Positions 36,655 through 46,786 of a DNA stretch of 64,000 nt are shown piece by piece. The position numbers were made by a program, and so were the translations under genes. Source of the DNA: Vicinamibacterales bacterium (lineage in GTDB: Bacteria > Acidobacteriota > Vicinamibacteria > Vicinamibacterales > 2-12-FULL-66-21). The stretch is taken from NCBI GenBank assembly GCA_035495955.1, contig DATJFE010000070.1:29332-93331 (forward strand). Reading direction: 5' to 3'. Every line of letters begins with the position of its first letter. Position 1 is the stretch's first letter. The notes beneath the pieces are model-generated. The model saw nothing but the letters and a program-made list of their open reading frames with translations, was not told the origin of the DNA and searched no databases.

Positions 36655-39268
36655 GCTGCTCCGGCGGTTCATCGCGCTCGTGTCGCGGCTCGCGCCGCGC
36701 TGGGCGCGCCGCGAGTTCAGGGCCGAATGGGAAGCGGAGTTGTCCGCCGCCTGGCCGAGCCGGGCGGACCCGGGTTGGCGCACGCGGGGGACCGTCGCGC
36801 TCAAGGCTGCGGGCTCGATTGCCGACGCCTGGTATCTCTTCCGGCAGCAATGGAGCCTCGACGTGGTGATGCAGGACGTCCGCTACGCGCTGCGCCTCGT
36901 GCGACAGCGGCCGGGATACGCGGCGCTCGTGATCCTGATGCTGGCAATCGGGATCGGCGCCAACACGGCCGTGTTCGGCGTCATCGACGGGGTCCTGCTG
37001 CGGCCGCTGCCGTTCAAGGATCCATCCTCGCTCGTGATGGTGTGGGAAAACGATCGCGTCGATCGAAAGCCCCGGTATCCCGTCGCGCCGGCCAACTACC
37101 ACGACTGGACCGACCAAACGCGGACGATCCAGCCCATGGCCGCGTTCATCCAGGGGACGATGAATCTGACGGGCGTCGGCGAGCCCGTGCGGCTGCACTC
37201 CACGGTCGCAACCGCGCGCCTGTTCGACGTCCTCGGTGTTCGGCCCGCGCTCGGCCGCACGTTTACCGAGGCGGACGCCGTCCCCCCGCGCCACCGGGTG
37301 GCCGTCCTCAGCGATCGGGTCTGGCAACAGCGGTTCGGGAGCGACCGCGCAATCGTGGGGCGCCGCATCACCCTCGAAGGCAACGCCTACGAAGTCATCG
37401 GCGTCATGCCGCGCGGCTTCGCGTTTCCAGACCGGGACGTGGACCTCTGGCGCCCCGCGGCGATTTCGCCGCAGGTCCTGCAGACCCGCGCGACCCACTT
37501 TTTTTCGGTCGTCGGCCGGCTCGCGCCGGGCGCGACGCTGGATGCCGCGCGCACGGATTTCGAGGCGGTCGCCCTCCGCCTGCAGCGGCAGTACCCCGCG
37601 ACCAACGATCAGCGCGGCGTCACCATCGTCCCGCTGCACGAGCAGGTGGTCGGGGACGTGCGGAAGGCGCTGTATCTGCTCGCCGCCGCCGTTGCGCTGG
37701 TGCTCCTGATCGGCTGCGCGAATGTGGCGAATCTCATGCTCGTGCGCGCGACGTCGCGCCGCCGTGAGCTGGCCGTGCGGGCCGCGCTCGGCGCCGATCG
37801 CGCCAGGCTGGTACGGCAGATGGTGATTGAAGGGGTCGTCCTCGCCGGCGCCGCGGGCGTGGTCGGAGTGCTCCTGGCCGCCTGGCTCACATCGGTGCTG
37901 TCGGTGATGGCGGCCGACTATCTGCCGCGCGCGTCCGAGGTCCATCTCCATCTCCGCGTTCTGCTGTTTGCGACCGTCCTCTCGATGGGCACCGGTGTCC
38001 TCTTCGCGCTGGCGCCCGGATGGCTGTCGTCGCAGCCCGACGTTCAGGAAGCGCTGCGCCAGGGATCGCGGGCGGCCGGCGCACGTCCCGCCGCCAGGCG
38101 GCTTCGATCGATTCTCGTGATCGCCGAGCTCGCGATCGCCGTCGCGCTGCTGGTCGCGGCGGCGCTTGTCGGCCGCAGCTTCCTCGAAGTGCTGCGCGTG
38201 GAGCCCGGGTTCAGCACGGACCACGTCGTCACCGGCAGCATCGCCCTCCCGGGATCGCGGTACAGCGACGATCCACCGGTTATCCAGTACTACGACACGC
38301 TGCTGGCGCGGGTCCGCGGCCTGCCGGGCGTACGTGCGGCGGGCGCCGTGAACGCCCTGCCGCTCGACGGATCGGGCCCGACGGCATGGATCACCGTCGA
38401 GGGAATACCAAGGCCGGCAGGCGAGCCGCCCGAAGTCAATTACCGCGCGGCGACGCCGGGATACTTCGAGGCGATGGCCGTGCCGATCGTCGCCGGTCGC
38501 GCCTTCAACGCCACCGACAACGGCGAGCTGAAAGTTGCGATCGTCAACCGGGCGCTGGCGGAGCGCTTCTTCGCGGGCGTGAATCCGATCGCGCGGCGCA
38601 TCCGCCTCGGGCCGAATCCGAAAGCGCCCTGGCGAACGATCGTCGGCGTGGTTGCCGACATCCACGAGGAAGGGCCCGACCTGCCGCCGAGGCCGCAGGC
38701 GTATCTGCCGCTCGCGCAGGATGCGTTCTCCGACATGACGCTGGCGGTGCGTGCGGACGGCGATCCGGGAGCGTTGCGCGCGGCGATGGCCGCCGTCGCC
38801 CGCTCGATCGATCGCGACGTCCCGCTGTCGCGCATCCGAAGCCTGGATGAGGTTCTGCAGGCCTACGTGGCGCCGCGGCGCCTTGCGATGCTCCTGCTCG
38901 CCGCATTCGCGGGCGTCGCACTGCTGCTGTCGGCGCTCGGCGTGACGGGCGTGATGGCGTATACGGTGTCGCAGCGCACCAACGAGATCGGCGTCCGCAT
39001 GGCGCTCGGCGCGCAGCGTTCGGAGATCCTGCGGATGGTGCTGCGCGAGGGCGCGCGGCTGGGCGCAACCGGGCTTGCGCTCGGCGTCGGCCTCTCGCTG
39101 GCGGCCACGCGACTGCTCGGGGCGTGGCTGTTCGGCGTCACGGCAACCGACGCGCCGACGTTCGCGGCCGTTGCCGCGTTCATGCTGGCCATCAGCCTGA
39201 TCGCGTGCTACCTCCCCGCACGCCGCGCCGCAGGCGTGGATCCGTTGAGCGCGATCCGAACCGAGTAG
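36647..39268 (+). CDS. ADOP-type duplicated FtsX/MacB-like ABC permease with N-terminal prefix
   Basis: 873 aa. The prefix is MPELLRRFIALVSRLAPRWARREFRAEWEAEL. The motifs RRRELAVRAALGA and RTNEIGVRMALGA mark the two FtsX modules. Confidence 0.85.
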   Translation: MPELLRRFIALVSRLAPRWARREFRAEWEAELSAAWPSRADPGWRTRGTVALKAAGSIADAWYLFRQQWSLDVVMQDVRYALRLVRQRPGYAALVILMLAIGIGANTAVFGVIDGVLLRPLPFKDPSSLVMVWENDRVDRKPRYPVAPANYHDWTDQTRTIQPMAAFIQGTMNLTGVGEPVRLHSTVATARLFDVLGVRPALGRTFTEADAVPPRHRVAVLSDRVWQQRFGSDRAIVGRRITLEGNAYEVIGVMPRGFAFPDRDVDLWRPAAISPQVLQTRATHFFSVVGRLAPGATLDAARTDFEAVALRLQRQYPATNDQRGVTIVPLHEQVVGDVRKALYLLAAAVALVLLIGCANVANLMLVRATSRRRELAVRAALGADRARLVRQMVIEGVVLAGAAGVVGVLLAAWLTSVLSVMAADYLPRASEVHLHLRVLLFATVLSMGTGVLFALAPGWLSSQPDVQEALRQGSRAAGARPAARRLRSILVIAELAIAVALLVAAALVGRSFLEVLRVEPGFSTDHVVTGSIALPGSRYSDDPPVIQYYDTLLARVRGLPGVRAAGAVNALPLDGSGPTAWITVEGIPRPAGEPPEVNYRAATPGYFEAMAVPIVAGRAFNATDNGELKVAIVNRALAERFFAGVNPIARRIRLGPNPKAPWRTIVGVVADIHEEGPDLPPRPQAYLPLAQDAFSDMTLAVRADGDPGALRAAMAAVARSIDRDVPLSRIRSLDEVLQAYVAPRRLAMLLLAAFAGVALLLSALGVTGVMAYTVSQRTNEIGVRMALGAQRSEILRMVLREGARLGATGLALGVGLSLAATRLLGAWLFGVTATDAPTFAAVAAFMLAISLIACYLPARRAAGVDPLSAIRTE

Positions 39269-39311
39269 CACGCCCCGCCACCGGCGCCCGACGCATAATG
39301 GGACGCTGCGG

Positions 39312-40268
39312 ATGCTGCACATCACGAACGGCGATTCGGCGCGCCTCGGACTCGAGAAGTCCGGCGTGCCGGGCACGTTCGTCGCGTGGCCGGATCTGCT
39401 GTACGAAGGACCGACCCCGCTGCTGTTCGGCCGCGACTGGATCGCCGTCCGGAGCGCGTACTTCGCGTCGAGCGGCTACGGTCCGACGGACGAGACGTAC
39501 CGCGGTCCCGAGGCAAATGACAGCCAATTCGATGGACACGAGGAGCTCGTGTTCTGGTTCGAGCACGATCTGTACGACCAACTCCTGCTGATTCGATGCT
39601 TATGGTGGCTGCATGGTCGCCGCCGCGGCGGATCCGCGGTCGCTCAGGCGCGTCAGAGTCTGGTGTGCATTGATCAGTACCTCGGACTGCTCGAGCCGCA
39701 GGCGTTTCCGCCGCTGTTCGCAGCGCGAACGCCGATCGACGACGGGCTGATGGGAGCGGGTGCCGAAGCCTGGACGGCGTTCTGTGGATCGGATCCGACC
39801 CGCCTCGTCCCTCTCGCCACGGCCCCTTCGATCGATCTGCCTTTTCTTCCGGGAGCGCTCTGGCGCCATCTCGAGGAGTTTCCCTCCGTCGAGAACGGCC
39901 TCGCGCGCAGCGAAGCGCGCATCCTCGAGATTCTGTCGACAGGCGAGCGTTCGCCGGAGGAGCTCTTCAGCTCGCTGCAGCACACCGAAGAGCGCATCTT
40001 CATGGGCGATCTGAGCTGCTGGGTGATCGTGCGGCGGCTCGCCGCAGGGCCGCATCCGCTCCTCACCTTCGACGTCGCGGAACGGCCCGGCCGTCTTCCG
40101 ACGGGCCGCGTACGAATCGCGGACGACGGCCGCCGCGTGCTCGCGTGTGAGCGGGACTACGTCGCCCTCAATGGGATCGACCGCTGGCTGGGCGGGGTGC
40201 ATCTGACGCCGGCCGCCTGCTGGCGATGGGGCGGCCGAGGTCTGTCGATCGAGAATGACGAATGCTGA
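39312..40268 (+). CDS. DUF1835 (plus DUF3658-like) domain protein
   Basis: The MLHITNGDSA N-terminus is typical of DUF1835 as I recall it. 318 aa. The function is unknown. Confidence 0.7.
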   Translation: MLHITNGDSARLGLEKSGVPGTFVAWPDLLYEGPTPLLFGRDWIAVRSAYFASSGYGPTDETYRGPEANDSQFDGHEELVFWFEHDLYDQLLLIRCLWWLHGRRRGGSAVAQARQSLVCIDQYLGLLEPQAFPPLFAARTPIDDGLMGAGAEAWTAFCGSDPTRLVPLATAPSIDLPFLPGALWRHLEEFPSVENGLARSEARILEILSTGERSPEELFSSLQHTEERIFMGDLSCWVIVRRLAAGPHPLLTFDVAERPGRLPTGRVRIADDGRRVLACERDYVALNGIDRWLGGVHLTPAACWRWGGRGLSIENDEC

Positions 40269-40287
40269 ACGCTGAATGCTGAATGCC
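40253..40287. repeat. Heptanucleotide tandem repeat (GAATGCT x5) spanning the stop codon of the DUF1835 gene
   Basis: Sequence reads gaatgac gaatgct gaacgct gaatgct gaatgcc. The first two units encode the last codons (N-D-E-C-stop). Confidence 0.9.
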
Positions 40288-40292
40288 GACGA

Positions 40293-40445
40293 TCAGGTCT
40301 TGGCGGGCTTTGTGCTCGCGGCTTTCTCCTGGGATGCCTTTCGTGCCTTCACGGCCTCCAGCAGTTGCCTGATCTTGGCGCGGCGGTGGACGCCGCGCTT
40401 GCGGTTGATCTGGTGGCGTGACTTGTCGCCGTTGATTGCGGACAT
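40293..40445 (-). CDS. Possible 50-aa highly basic protein (hypothetical)
   Basis: The ORF encodes MSAINGDKSRHQINRKRGVHRRAKIRQLLEAVKARKASQEKAASTKPAKT. Its ATG abuts the left arm of the 26-bp inverted repeat. No SD was seen. Confidence 0.3.
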   Translation of the reverse strand: MSAINGDKSRHQINRKRGVHRRAKIRQLLEAVKARKASQEKAASTKPAKT

Positions 40446-40538
40446 ATAGGCTTTGGGCTGTGGGCTTTGGGCAATCCAAAGCGCAATCCCTCTAGCGTAG
40501 TCTAAAAGCTGCCCCAAAGCCCACAGCCCAAAGCCTAT
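40446..40538. repeat. Perfect 26-bp inverted repeat (ATAGGCTTTGGGCTGTGGGCTTTGGG / reverse complement) with 41-nt spacer
   Basis: The arms are 40446-40471 and 40513-40538 and were verified base by base. Each arm is built of GGCTKTG heptamers. The right arm covers the stop codon (40535-40537) of the ADOP gene. Confidence 0.95.
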
Positions 40539-42979
40539 TCCGCGCGGAGCGCGATCATCGGATCGACGCGCGCGGCGCGGCGCGCGGGAAGATAGCTCGC
40601 CCCGAGTGCCACCAGCCCGAAGATCGCCGCGGCGGCGCCGAAGGCAATCGGATCGAGGGCGCTGACGCCGAAGAGGAGGCTCCGCAGCGCCTGCGATCCG
40701 GCCGCGGCCAGCGCCAGCCCGATCGCCACGCCGCTCAGCGTGAGCCAGACGCCTTGCCACAGGACGAGCGACACGACGCGGCCGCGATCCGCGCCGAGCG
40801 CCATCCGGATCCCGATCTCGCGCGTGCGGCGCCCGACGGAGAACGACGTGACGCCGTAGATTCCCATCGCGGCAAGCAGGAGGCCGACTACGCCGAGCGT
40901 GCCCGCGACGGCCGCGGCGATCCGCTGTGGGACCAGGCCGATCGCCGTGATGTCGCGAAGCGGCATCGCCTCGACGACGGGCAGATTCGGATTCATCTGG
41001 CGCACGAGCGCGCGCACGGCCGGGACGACGCTCGCCCCGCTCGTTCTGATCAAGAGCGTCACCCGCGGATGGTACTGCTGCGCCAGCGGCGCATACACGT
41101 AGGGCGTGCGTTCGCCGAGGAAGACGAACTGCGCATCGGCGGCAACGCCTACGACCGTCGCCACACGCTGGGCCGACGACAGTCCGGGATCGATCGCCAC
41201 TTGCCGTCCAATCGGATCGGCATCGCCCCAGAGCTGGCGGCCGAGCGTGGCGTTGACGATCACGACCGGCGCCGACGCGGCGGTGTCGCGCGGCGTGAAA
41301 TCACGGCCGCGCAGCAGCCCCACGCGCATCGTCGAGAAGAAACCCGGCGTGACGACGTTCCAGTCCACCGGCGGCGTATCGTGGGAAGCCGTGCGCGACG
41401 CGCCAGGCAGCCGGACGTCGCCGAATGCCATGCGGTCGCCGTCGAGCGGAAGATCGGTCGCGGTCACGACGCCGCTGACTCCCGGGAGCGCGCGAACGCG
41501 CGACTCCAGGGCGTCGACGAACGCCATCCCGTCCGCTTCCCGCAGTCCCGCGAGCGACAGGTTGACCGTCACCGTGTCGACGCCAGTTTGATCGAAGCCC
41601 GGATCGATGCGCCCGGCATGCTGGAGCGCTCGCACGAACAGGCCGCCGGCGACGACGAGCAGGAGGGAGAGTGCGATCTGGCCCACCAGGAATGCGCTGC
41701 GCAGCCGCAGCTTCACCGGTCCGCCGCCGGCTGCGTCGATTTTGAGGGAGGGGACGAGCGCCGCGTTCGAGACGTGCAGCGCTGGAACGAGGCCGCACAA
41801 GCCAGCGGTCACCGCCGACAGGCCGATCGCGAACGCCGTCACTCTCCAGTCGATCGCGACGTGCATGCCGATCGGGACGGGGAGCTGGGGCAGAAGCTGC
41901 ATCAGCAGCGCGATGAACCACCGGCCGATCACGAGGCCGGCGGCGCAGCCAGCCGCGAACAGGACGCCGGTTTCCGTCAGCAATTGCCGCACGAGCCGTC
42001 CGCGAGCCGCGCCGATCGCCATGCGCACGGCGATCTCGCGGCGCCGCGCCGCGGCGCGCGCCAGCAGCATCCCGGCGAGATTGACACAGGCGATGATCAG
42101 GACGAGACCCACGATCGCCATGAGCAATCCGATGAATCCACCGATGATGTTGATGCGGCCGGGAAAGATCGAGACGGGCGCGATCCGCAGGCCACGATCG
42201 GCGTTCTCGCGCGGGTAGTCGTGCGCGAGCGTGCGGCCGATCGCGCCGACTTCAGCGTCCGCCTGGGCGAGGGTGACGCCCGGCTTGAGCCTTCCGCCCA
42301 TCACGAGCCACATGATTCGCCGATCGGTGAACATGCCGGAGCTCGCCCCGCCAGAGCCCTGCGTCGAAAGCGGCAGCCACAGATCGCTTCGCAGGATGGT
42401 CGTTCCCTGAAAATCGCGCGGCGCCACGCCGACGACGACGTACGGGCGGTTCGTGATGGTGATCGTGGATCCGACGACTGTCTCGTCGGCGCCGAAGCGG
42501 CTGCGCCACAGCGCATCGCTGAGCACCGTCACATCGTCGTGGCCGGGGCGGTCGTCGGCATCCGTGAAGACCCGTCCGCGCTGCGCGCGAGCACCGACGA
42601 TCGAGAAATAGTTTCCGCTGACGCGGGTGCCGTAGATACGATCGGCCCCGCCGGTGCCGGCGAGGCTCATCGGTTCCGGCTCGACGCGCCACGCGTAGAC
42701 GCCCGCGAGGGTCGTCGTCCGTTCGCGCAGGTCCTTGTAGTTCGGATACGACGTGGTGTCGAAGCCCCGTCCGTTCTGGGTGCGCCCGATGTCCACGAGG
42801 CGACCCCGGTCCGCGAGGCCGGGAAGCGGGCGGATCAGCAAGGCCGTCGCGACGGAGAAAATCGTGACGTTCGCGCCGATCCCGATCGCGAGCGACAACG
42901 CGGCGGTCAGCGTGAACAGCGGGCTGCGCGCGAGCAGCCGCACGCCGTATCGAACGTCCTGCCACAAGGTCTCGAGCAC
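40535..42979 (-). CDS. ADOP-type duplicated FtsX/MacB-like ABC permease
   Basis: 814 aa with a GTG start. MLETLWQDVRYGVRLLARSPLFTL is a typical N-terminus. The motifs RRREIAVRMAIGA and RTREIGIRMALGA are present. Confidence 0.85.
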   Translation of the reverse strand: MLETLWQDVRYGVRLLARSPLFTLTAALSLAIGIGANVTIFSVATALLIRPLPGLADRGRLVDIGRTQNGRGFDTTSYPNYKDLRERTTTLAGVYAWRVEPEPMSLAGTGGADRIYGTRVSGNYFSIVGARAQRGRVFTDADDRPGHDDVTVLSDALWRSRFGADETVVGSTITITNRPYVVVGVAPRDFQGTTILRSDLWLPLSTQGSGGASSGMFTDRRIMWLVMGGRLKPGVTLAQADAEVGAIGRTLAHDYPRENADRGLRIAPVSIFPGRINIIGGFIGLLMAIVGLVLIIACVNLAGMLLARAAARRREIAVRMAIGAARGRLVRQLLTETGVLFAAGCAAGLVIGRWFIALLMQLLPQLPVPIGMHVAIDWRVTAFAIGLSAVTAGLCGLVPALHVSNAALVPSLKIDAAGGGPVKLRLRSAFLVGQIALSLLLVVAGGLFVRALQHAGRIDPGFDQTGVDTVTVNLSLAGLREADGMAFVDALESRVRALPGVSGVVTATDLPLDGDRMAFGDVRLPGASRTASHDTPPVDWNVVTPGFFSTMRVGLLRGRDFTPRDTAASAPVVIVNATLGRQLWGDADPIGRQVAIDPGLSSAQRVATVVGVAADAQFVFLGERTPYVYAPLAQQYHPRVTLLIRTSGASVVPAVRALVRQMNPNLPVVEAMPLRDITAIGLVPQRIAAAVAGTLGVVGLLLAAMGIYGVTSFSVGRRTREIGIRMALGADRGRVVSLVLWQGVWLTLSGVAIGLALAAAGSQALRSLLFGVSALDPIAFGAAAAIFGLVALGASYLPARRAARVDPMIALRAE

Positions 42980-43014
42980 GGGGTCCCTCCAGTACGGATC
43001 GTCGGGTTTCTCTA

Positions 43015-43024
43015 CGTAATTACG
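43015..43024. promoter_or_regulatory. 10-bp palindrome CGTAATTACG in the divergent ADOP/copA intergenic region
   Basis: Read directly. It is an AT-rich core in a 76-bp divergent promoter region. The operator role is speculative. Confidence 0.2.
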
Positions 43025-43055
43025 CGGCGCGATGTTCGGGAGTTAACATGCGGCC

Positions 43056-45368
43056 ATGACATCCGCAACCGCGATCGATCCCGTTTGCGGCATGACGGTC
43101 GACACCTCCACGCCGCTGAAGACCGATTACCGGGGCGCGACCTACTACTTCTGCAACCCGGGCTGCCTCGCGAAGTTCGAGGCCGACCCGACGCGGTACC
43201 TGGACGCGGCGGACGCTCCCGGTGGAAAGCGCCCCGAGCCAGCCGCGAGCCCTGACGCGATCTACACGTGCCCGATGCACCCGGAGATCCGGCAGAAAGG
43301 GCCGGGCGCCTGCCCGATTTGCGGGATGGCGCTCGAGCCCGCGATGGTCACGCTGGACGCAGCGCCGAACGCCGAGCTCGTCGACATGACGCGCCGCTTC
43401 TGGATCGCGGCGGCACTCGGATTCCCCGTGATGGCGTTCGCGATGGCGGAGATGCTCGCGCCCGACGCCGCGCACCGCGCGATCGCGCCTCAGGCGGCGA
43501 ACTGGATCCAGTTGCTCCTCGCCACGCCCGTCGTTCTCTGGGCCGGATGGCCGTTCTTCGTGCGGGCGTGGGACTCGATCCTCAACCGCAGCCCCAACAT
43601 GTTCACGCTGATCGGGGCGGGCGTGGCCGCGGCTTACGGCTACAGCGCAGCCGCGACCGCGGCGCCGGGCATCTTTCCCGACGGCTTCCGCATGCACGGC
43701 CGGGTCGAGCCGTACTTCGATACGGCGGTCGTCATCACCGTGCTCGTGCTGCTCGGCCAGGTGCTCGAGCTCCGGGCGCGCGGCCGCACCTCCCTGGCGC
43801 TGAAGGGGCTGCTCGGGCTCGCACCGAAGACGGCGCGCCGAGTCGCAGGGCTGCTCGAAAACGACGTCCCGATTGCCGACGTGCGCGTCGGCGATCGGCT
43901 GCGCGTCCGCCCCGGCGAAAAAGTTCCCGTTGACGGCGTCGTCGTCAAGGGCCGCACGGCCGTGGACGAGTCGATGGTGACAGGCGAGCCGATTCCCGCG
44001 CCAAAGGAGATCGGCAGCCGCGTGACCGGCGGAACGGTGAACGGCACGGGCAGCATCGTGATACAAGCCGAACGCGTCGGCCGCGACACGCTCCTCGCGC
44101 AGATCGTGCAGATGGTCGCCGAGGCGCAGCGCACGCGCGCGCCCGTGCAACGGCTGGCCGATCGAATCGCGGCGTGGTTCGTCCCCGCGGTGATCGCCGT
44201 GGCCGTGGTGGCGTTCGCGGGCTGGGGACTCTGGGGTCCGGAGCCGCGCCTCGCCCACGCGCTGGTCAGCGCCGTCGCGGTATTGATCATCGCGTGCCCC
44301 TGCGCGCTGGGACTCGCGACGCCCATGGCAATCATGGTCGGCACGGGCCGCGGTGCGGCCGCCGGCGTCCTCGTGCGGAACGCCGAGACGCTCGAACGGT
44401 TCGAGCGGGTGGACACCCTCGTCATCGACAAGACGGGCACCTTGACGGAAGGCCGTCCGGCCGTGGTCGCCGTCCACGCGCTCGGCGGAAACGAGGACGA
44501 CGTGCTGCGCGCCGCCGCGGCGGTCGAACAGGGCAGCGAACATCCGCTGGCGTCGGCGATTGTGAAGGCCGCGCGCGATCGCGGTCTGACGTGGCCGGAG
44601 AGCGGCAGCTTCGAGTCCGTGACGGGCACCGGCGTCCGCGGCCGCGTCGGCGCTTCCGACGTCCTCGTCGGCAGCGAAGCGATGATGCGCGAGTCTCGCA
44701 TCGACACGTCCGCGACGCGCGCGGTCGTCGCCGGCATGCGTGCGCAGGCGCAGACCGCGGTCTTCGTCGCCAGCGGCGGACGCCTGATTGGCGCGATCGC
44801 CGTCGCCGACCCAATCAAGCCGCAGACGCGCGACGCGCTCACGGCCTTGCGGGCCGCCGGGCTGCGCGTGGTGATGCTGACCGGCGACGCTGGCGAGACC
44901 GCGCAGGCCGTCGGACGGGAGCTTGGATTCGCCGCGGCGGACGTCCGCGCCGAAGTGCTGCCGGCCGCGAAGCGCGAGGTGGTTCGCGAGCTCCAGTCGC
45001 GCGGCGCACGGGTCGCGATGGCCGGCGACGGCATCAACGACGCGCCGGCGCTCGCGGAGGCGACGGTGGGAATCGCGATGGGAACGGGCACCGACGTCGC
45101 CATGGAGAGCGCCGGAATCACGCTGGTCAACGGCGATCTGCGCGGACTGATCCGAGCCCGGCGCCTGAGTCGCGCGACGATGAGAAACATCCGCCAGAAC
45201 CTGTTTCTCGCCTTTGCCTACAATGCGATCGGCGTTCCCGTCGCCGCAGGCGTGCTCTATCCGGCGCTCGGAATCCTCGTGAGCCCGATCTGGGCGAGCG
45301 CGGCCATGACCTTCAGTTCGGTCTCGGTGATCGCCAACGCGCTGCGGCTGCGGCGGGCCGCGCTATGA
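43056..45368 (+). CDS. copA: Heavy-metal (Cu+-type, P1B) translocating P-type ATPase with YHS/TRASH-like and YTCPMHPE-type N-terminal metal-binding modules
   Basis: The motifs CPC ([13 protein letters not shown]), DKTGTLT and GDGINDAP are present. The N-terminus has DPVCGM...YYFCNPGC and IYTCPMHPE...CPICGM. No GMTCxxC HMA domain is seen. Confidence 0.9.
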   Translation: MTSATAIDPVCGMTVDTSTPLKTDYRGATYYFCNPGCLAKFEADPTRYLDAADAPGGKRPEPAASPDAIYTCPMHPEIRQKGPGACPICGMALEPAMVTLDAAPNAELVDMTRRFWIAAALGFPVMAFAMAEMLAPDAAHRAIAPQAANWIQLLLATPVVLWAGWPFFVRAWDSILNRSPNMFTLIGAGVAAAYGYSAAATAAPGIFPDGFRMHGRVEPYFDTAVVITVLVLLGQVLELRARGRTSLALKGLLGLAPKTARRVAGLLENDVPIADVRVGDRLRVRPGEKVPVDGVVVKGRTAVDESMVTGEPIPAPKEIGSRVTGGTVNGTGSIVIQAERVGRDTLLAQIVQMVAEAQRTRAPVQRLADRIAAWFVPAVIAVAVVAFAGWGLWGPEPRLAHALVSAVAVLIIACPCALGLATPMAIMVGTGRGAAAGVLVRNAETLERFERVDTLVIDKTGTLTEGRPAVVAVHALGGNEDDVLRAAAAVEQGSEHPLASAIVKAARDRGLTWPESGSFESVTGTGVRGRVGASDVLVGSEAMMRESRIDTSATRAVVAGMRAQAQTAVFVASGGRLIGAIAVADPIKPQTRDALTALRAAGLRVVMLTGDAGETAQAVGRELGFAAADVRAEVLPAAKREVVRELQSRGARVAMAGDGINDAPALAEATVGIAMGTGTDVAMESAGITLVNGDLRGLIRARRLSRATMRNIRQNLFLAFAYNAIGVPVAAGVLYPALGILVSPIWASAAMTFSSVSVIANALRLRRAAL

Positions 45369-45722
45369 CGACTTCAGCCGCTCGATGTGCGGGTTCGCGC
45401 GGTCGCGGAGCAGCGTGACGAGCTCGGGATCGAGGAATGCATACTTGTCGTCGATGTCCAGGCAGATCGCCCGCCGCGCGGCTTCGTGCGCGGGGAACAG
45501 GTGCTCGAGCGCAAGGCGCTGTGCCTCGTCCATGATGAAGACCACGTCCGCCCAGTCGAGCATGCGCTCGTTGACCTGCACGAGAGCGTCCACGCTGGTG
45601 CCGGCAGACCGGACGTCGAGCGACGGATCTTTCGCGAACACCCGCTCCGCCGTCGCGCTCCGCTTGCGATTGAACTGGCAGATGAAGAGCACTCTGATGG
45701 GACGAGACCCGCTCGACGTCAT
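45363..45722 (-). CDS. Low-molecular-weight phosphotyrosine phosphatase-like protein
   Basis: 119 aa. The CX5R(S) P-loop is [16 protein letters not shown]. It overlaps the copA 3' end by 6 nt in convergent orientation. Confidence 0.75.
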   Translation of the reverse strand: MTSSGSRPIRVLFICQFNRKRSATAERVFAKDPSLDVRSAGTSVDALVQVNERMLDWADVVFIMDEAQRLALEHLFPAHEAARRAICLDIDDKYAFLDPELVTLLRDRANPHIERLKSS

Positions 45723-45760
45723 GGATGTCGGCCCGATGTTACTGCAGTAATCTTACGGAC

Positions 45761-46786
45761 ATGACGCGACTGTTTTCGATCGCGGCCCTTCTTTTGTTGG
45801 GCCTCGGCGCCGCGCCCGCAAAGGCGCCGCAGCCGGAACGCCATCTTCGCAATATCCGGCAACTGACTTTCGGCGGCGAGAACGCCGAGGCGTATTTTTC
45901 GCCGGACGGCACCCACCTGATTTTCCAGTCGACGCGGGCGGGCTACCCCTGCGATCAGATCTATACGATGAAGATCGACGGCACCGACGTGAAGCGCGTC
46001 AGCACCGGCGAAGGCCGGACGACGTGCGGCTACTACTATCCGGGCGGCAAGGAGATCCTGTTCGCGTCCACCCACCGAGCGGGCGCGGCCTGTCCGCCGA
46101 AGCCGAGTTACGAGCGCGGCTACGTGTGGCCAGTCTACGAGGCGTACGACATCTATCGCGCGAACGCCGACGGCTCCAACCTCCGTCCGCTGACGACGAC
46201 GCCCGGGTACGATGCGGAGGCGACGATCGCGCCGGACGGCGTGATCGCCTTCACCAGCGTGCGCGACGGCGACATGGAGATCTACACGATGCAGGCCGAC
46301 GGCACGAACGTCCGCCGGCTGACGCACAGTCCCGGCCCCGACGGCGGGCCGTTTTTCTCGTGGGACGGAAAGCGCATCGCGTATCGCGCGCGTCCGCTCC
46401 AGCCGGGCCCGGAGCTCGCCGACTATCTGGCGCTCCTGAAAGACCACATCTGGCGGCCGACGAAGCTCGAGATTTACGTCATGGATCGCGACGGCCGGAA
46501 CGCGCGCAAACTGACGTCGCTCGACGCCGCGAGCTTCGCGCCGTCATGGCATCCCGACGGCAGGCGGCTGGTCTTCGCCTCGAACTACAAGGACCCGACG
46601 CAGCGCAACTTCGATATCTACCTGATCAACCTGGACGGATCGGGACTCGAGCAGGTGACCTTCAACGACACGTTCGACGGGTTCCCGATGTTCTCGCCCG
46701 ACGGCCGGCGCCTGGTGTTCGCGTCGAATCGCAACGGGAAGATCGAAGGGGAGACGAATGTGTTCATCGCCGACTGGGTGAACTGA
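45761..46786 (+). CDS. TolB-like PD40/WD40 beta-propeller repeat protein, secreted
   Basis: It has a signal peptide (MTRLFSIAALLLLGLGAAPA). The (F/W)SPDG...(I/V)(A/F)... PD40 motif recurs at least 5 times. Confidence 0.8.
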   Translation: MTRLFSIAALLLLGLGAAPAKAPQPERHLRNIRQLTFGGENAEAYFSPDGTHLIFQSTRAGYPCDQIYTMKIDGTDVKRVSTGEGRTTCGYYYPGGKEILFASTHRAGAACPPKPSYERGYVWPVYEAYDIYRANADGSNLRPLTTTPGYDAEATIAPDGVIAFTSVRDGDMEIYTMQADGTNVRRLTHSPGPDGGPFFSWDGKRIAYRARPLQPGPELADYLALLKDHIWRPTKLEIYVMDRDGRNARKLTSLDAASFAPSWHPDGRRLVFASNYKDPTQRNFDIYLINLDGSGLEQVTFNDTFDGFPMFSPDGRRLVFASNRNGKIEGETNVFIADWVN

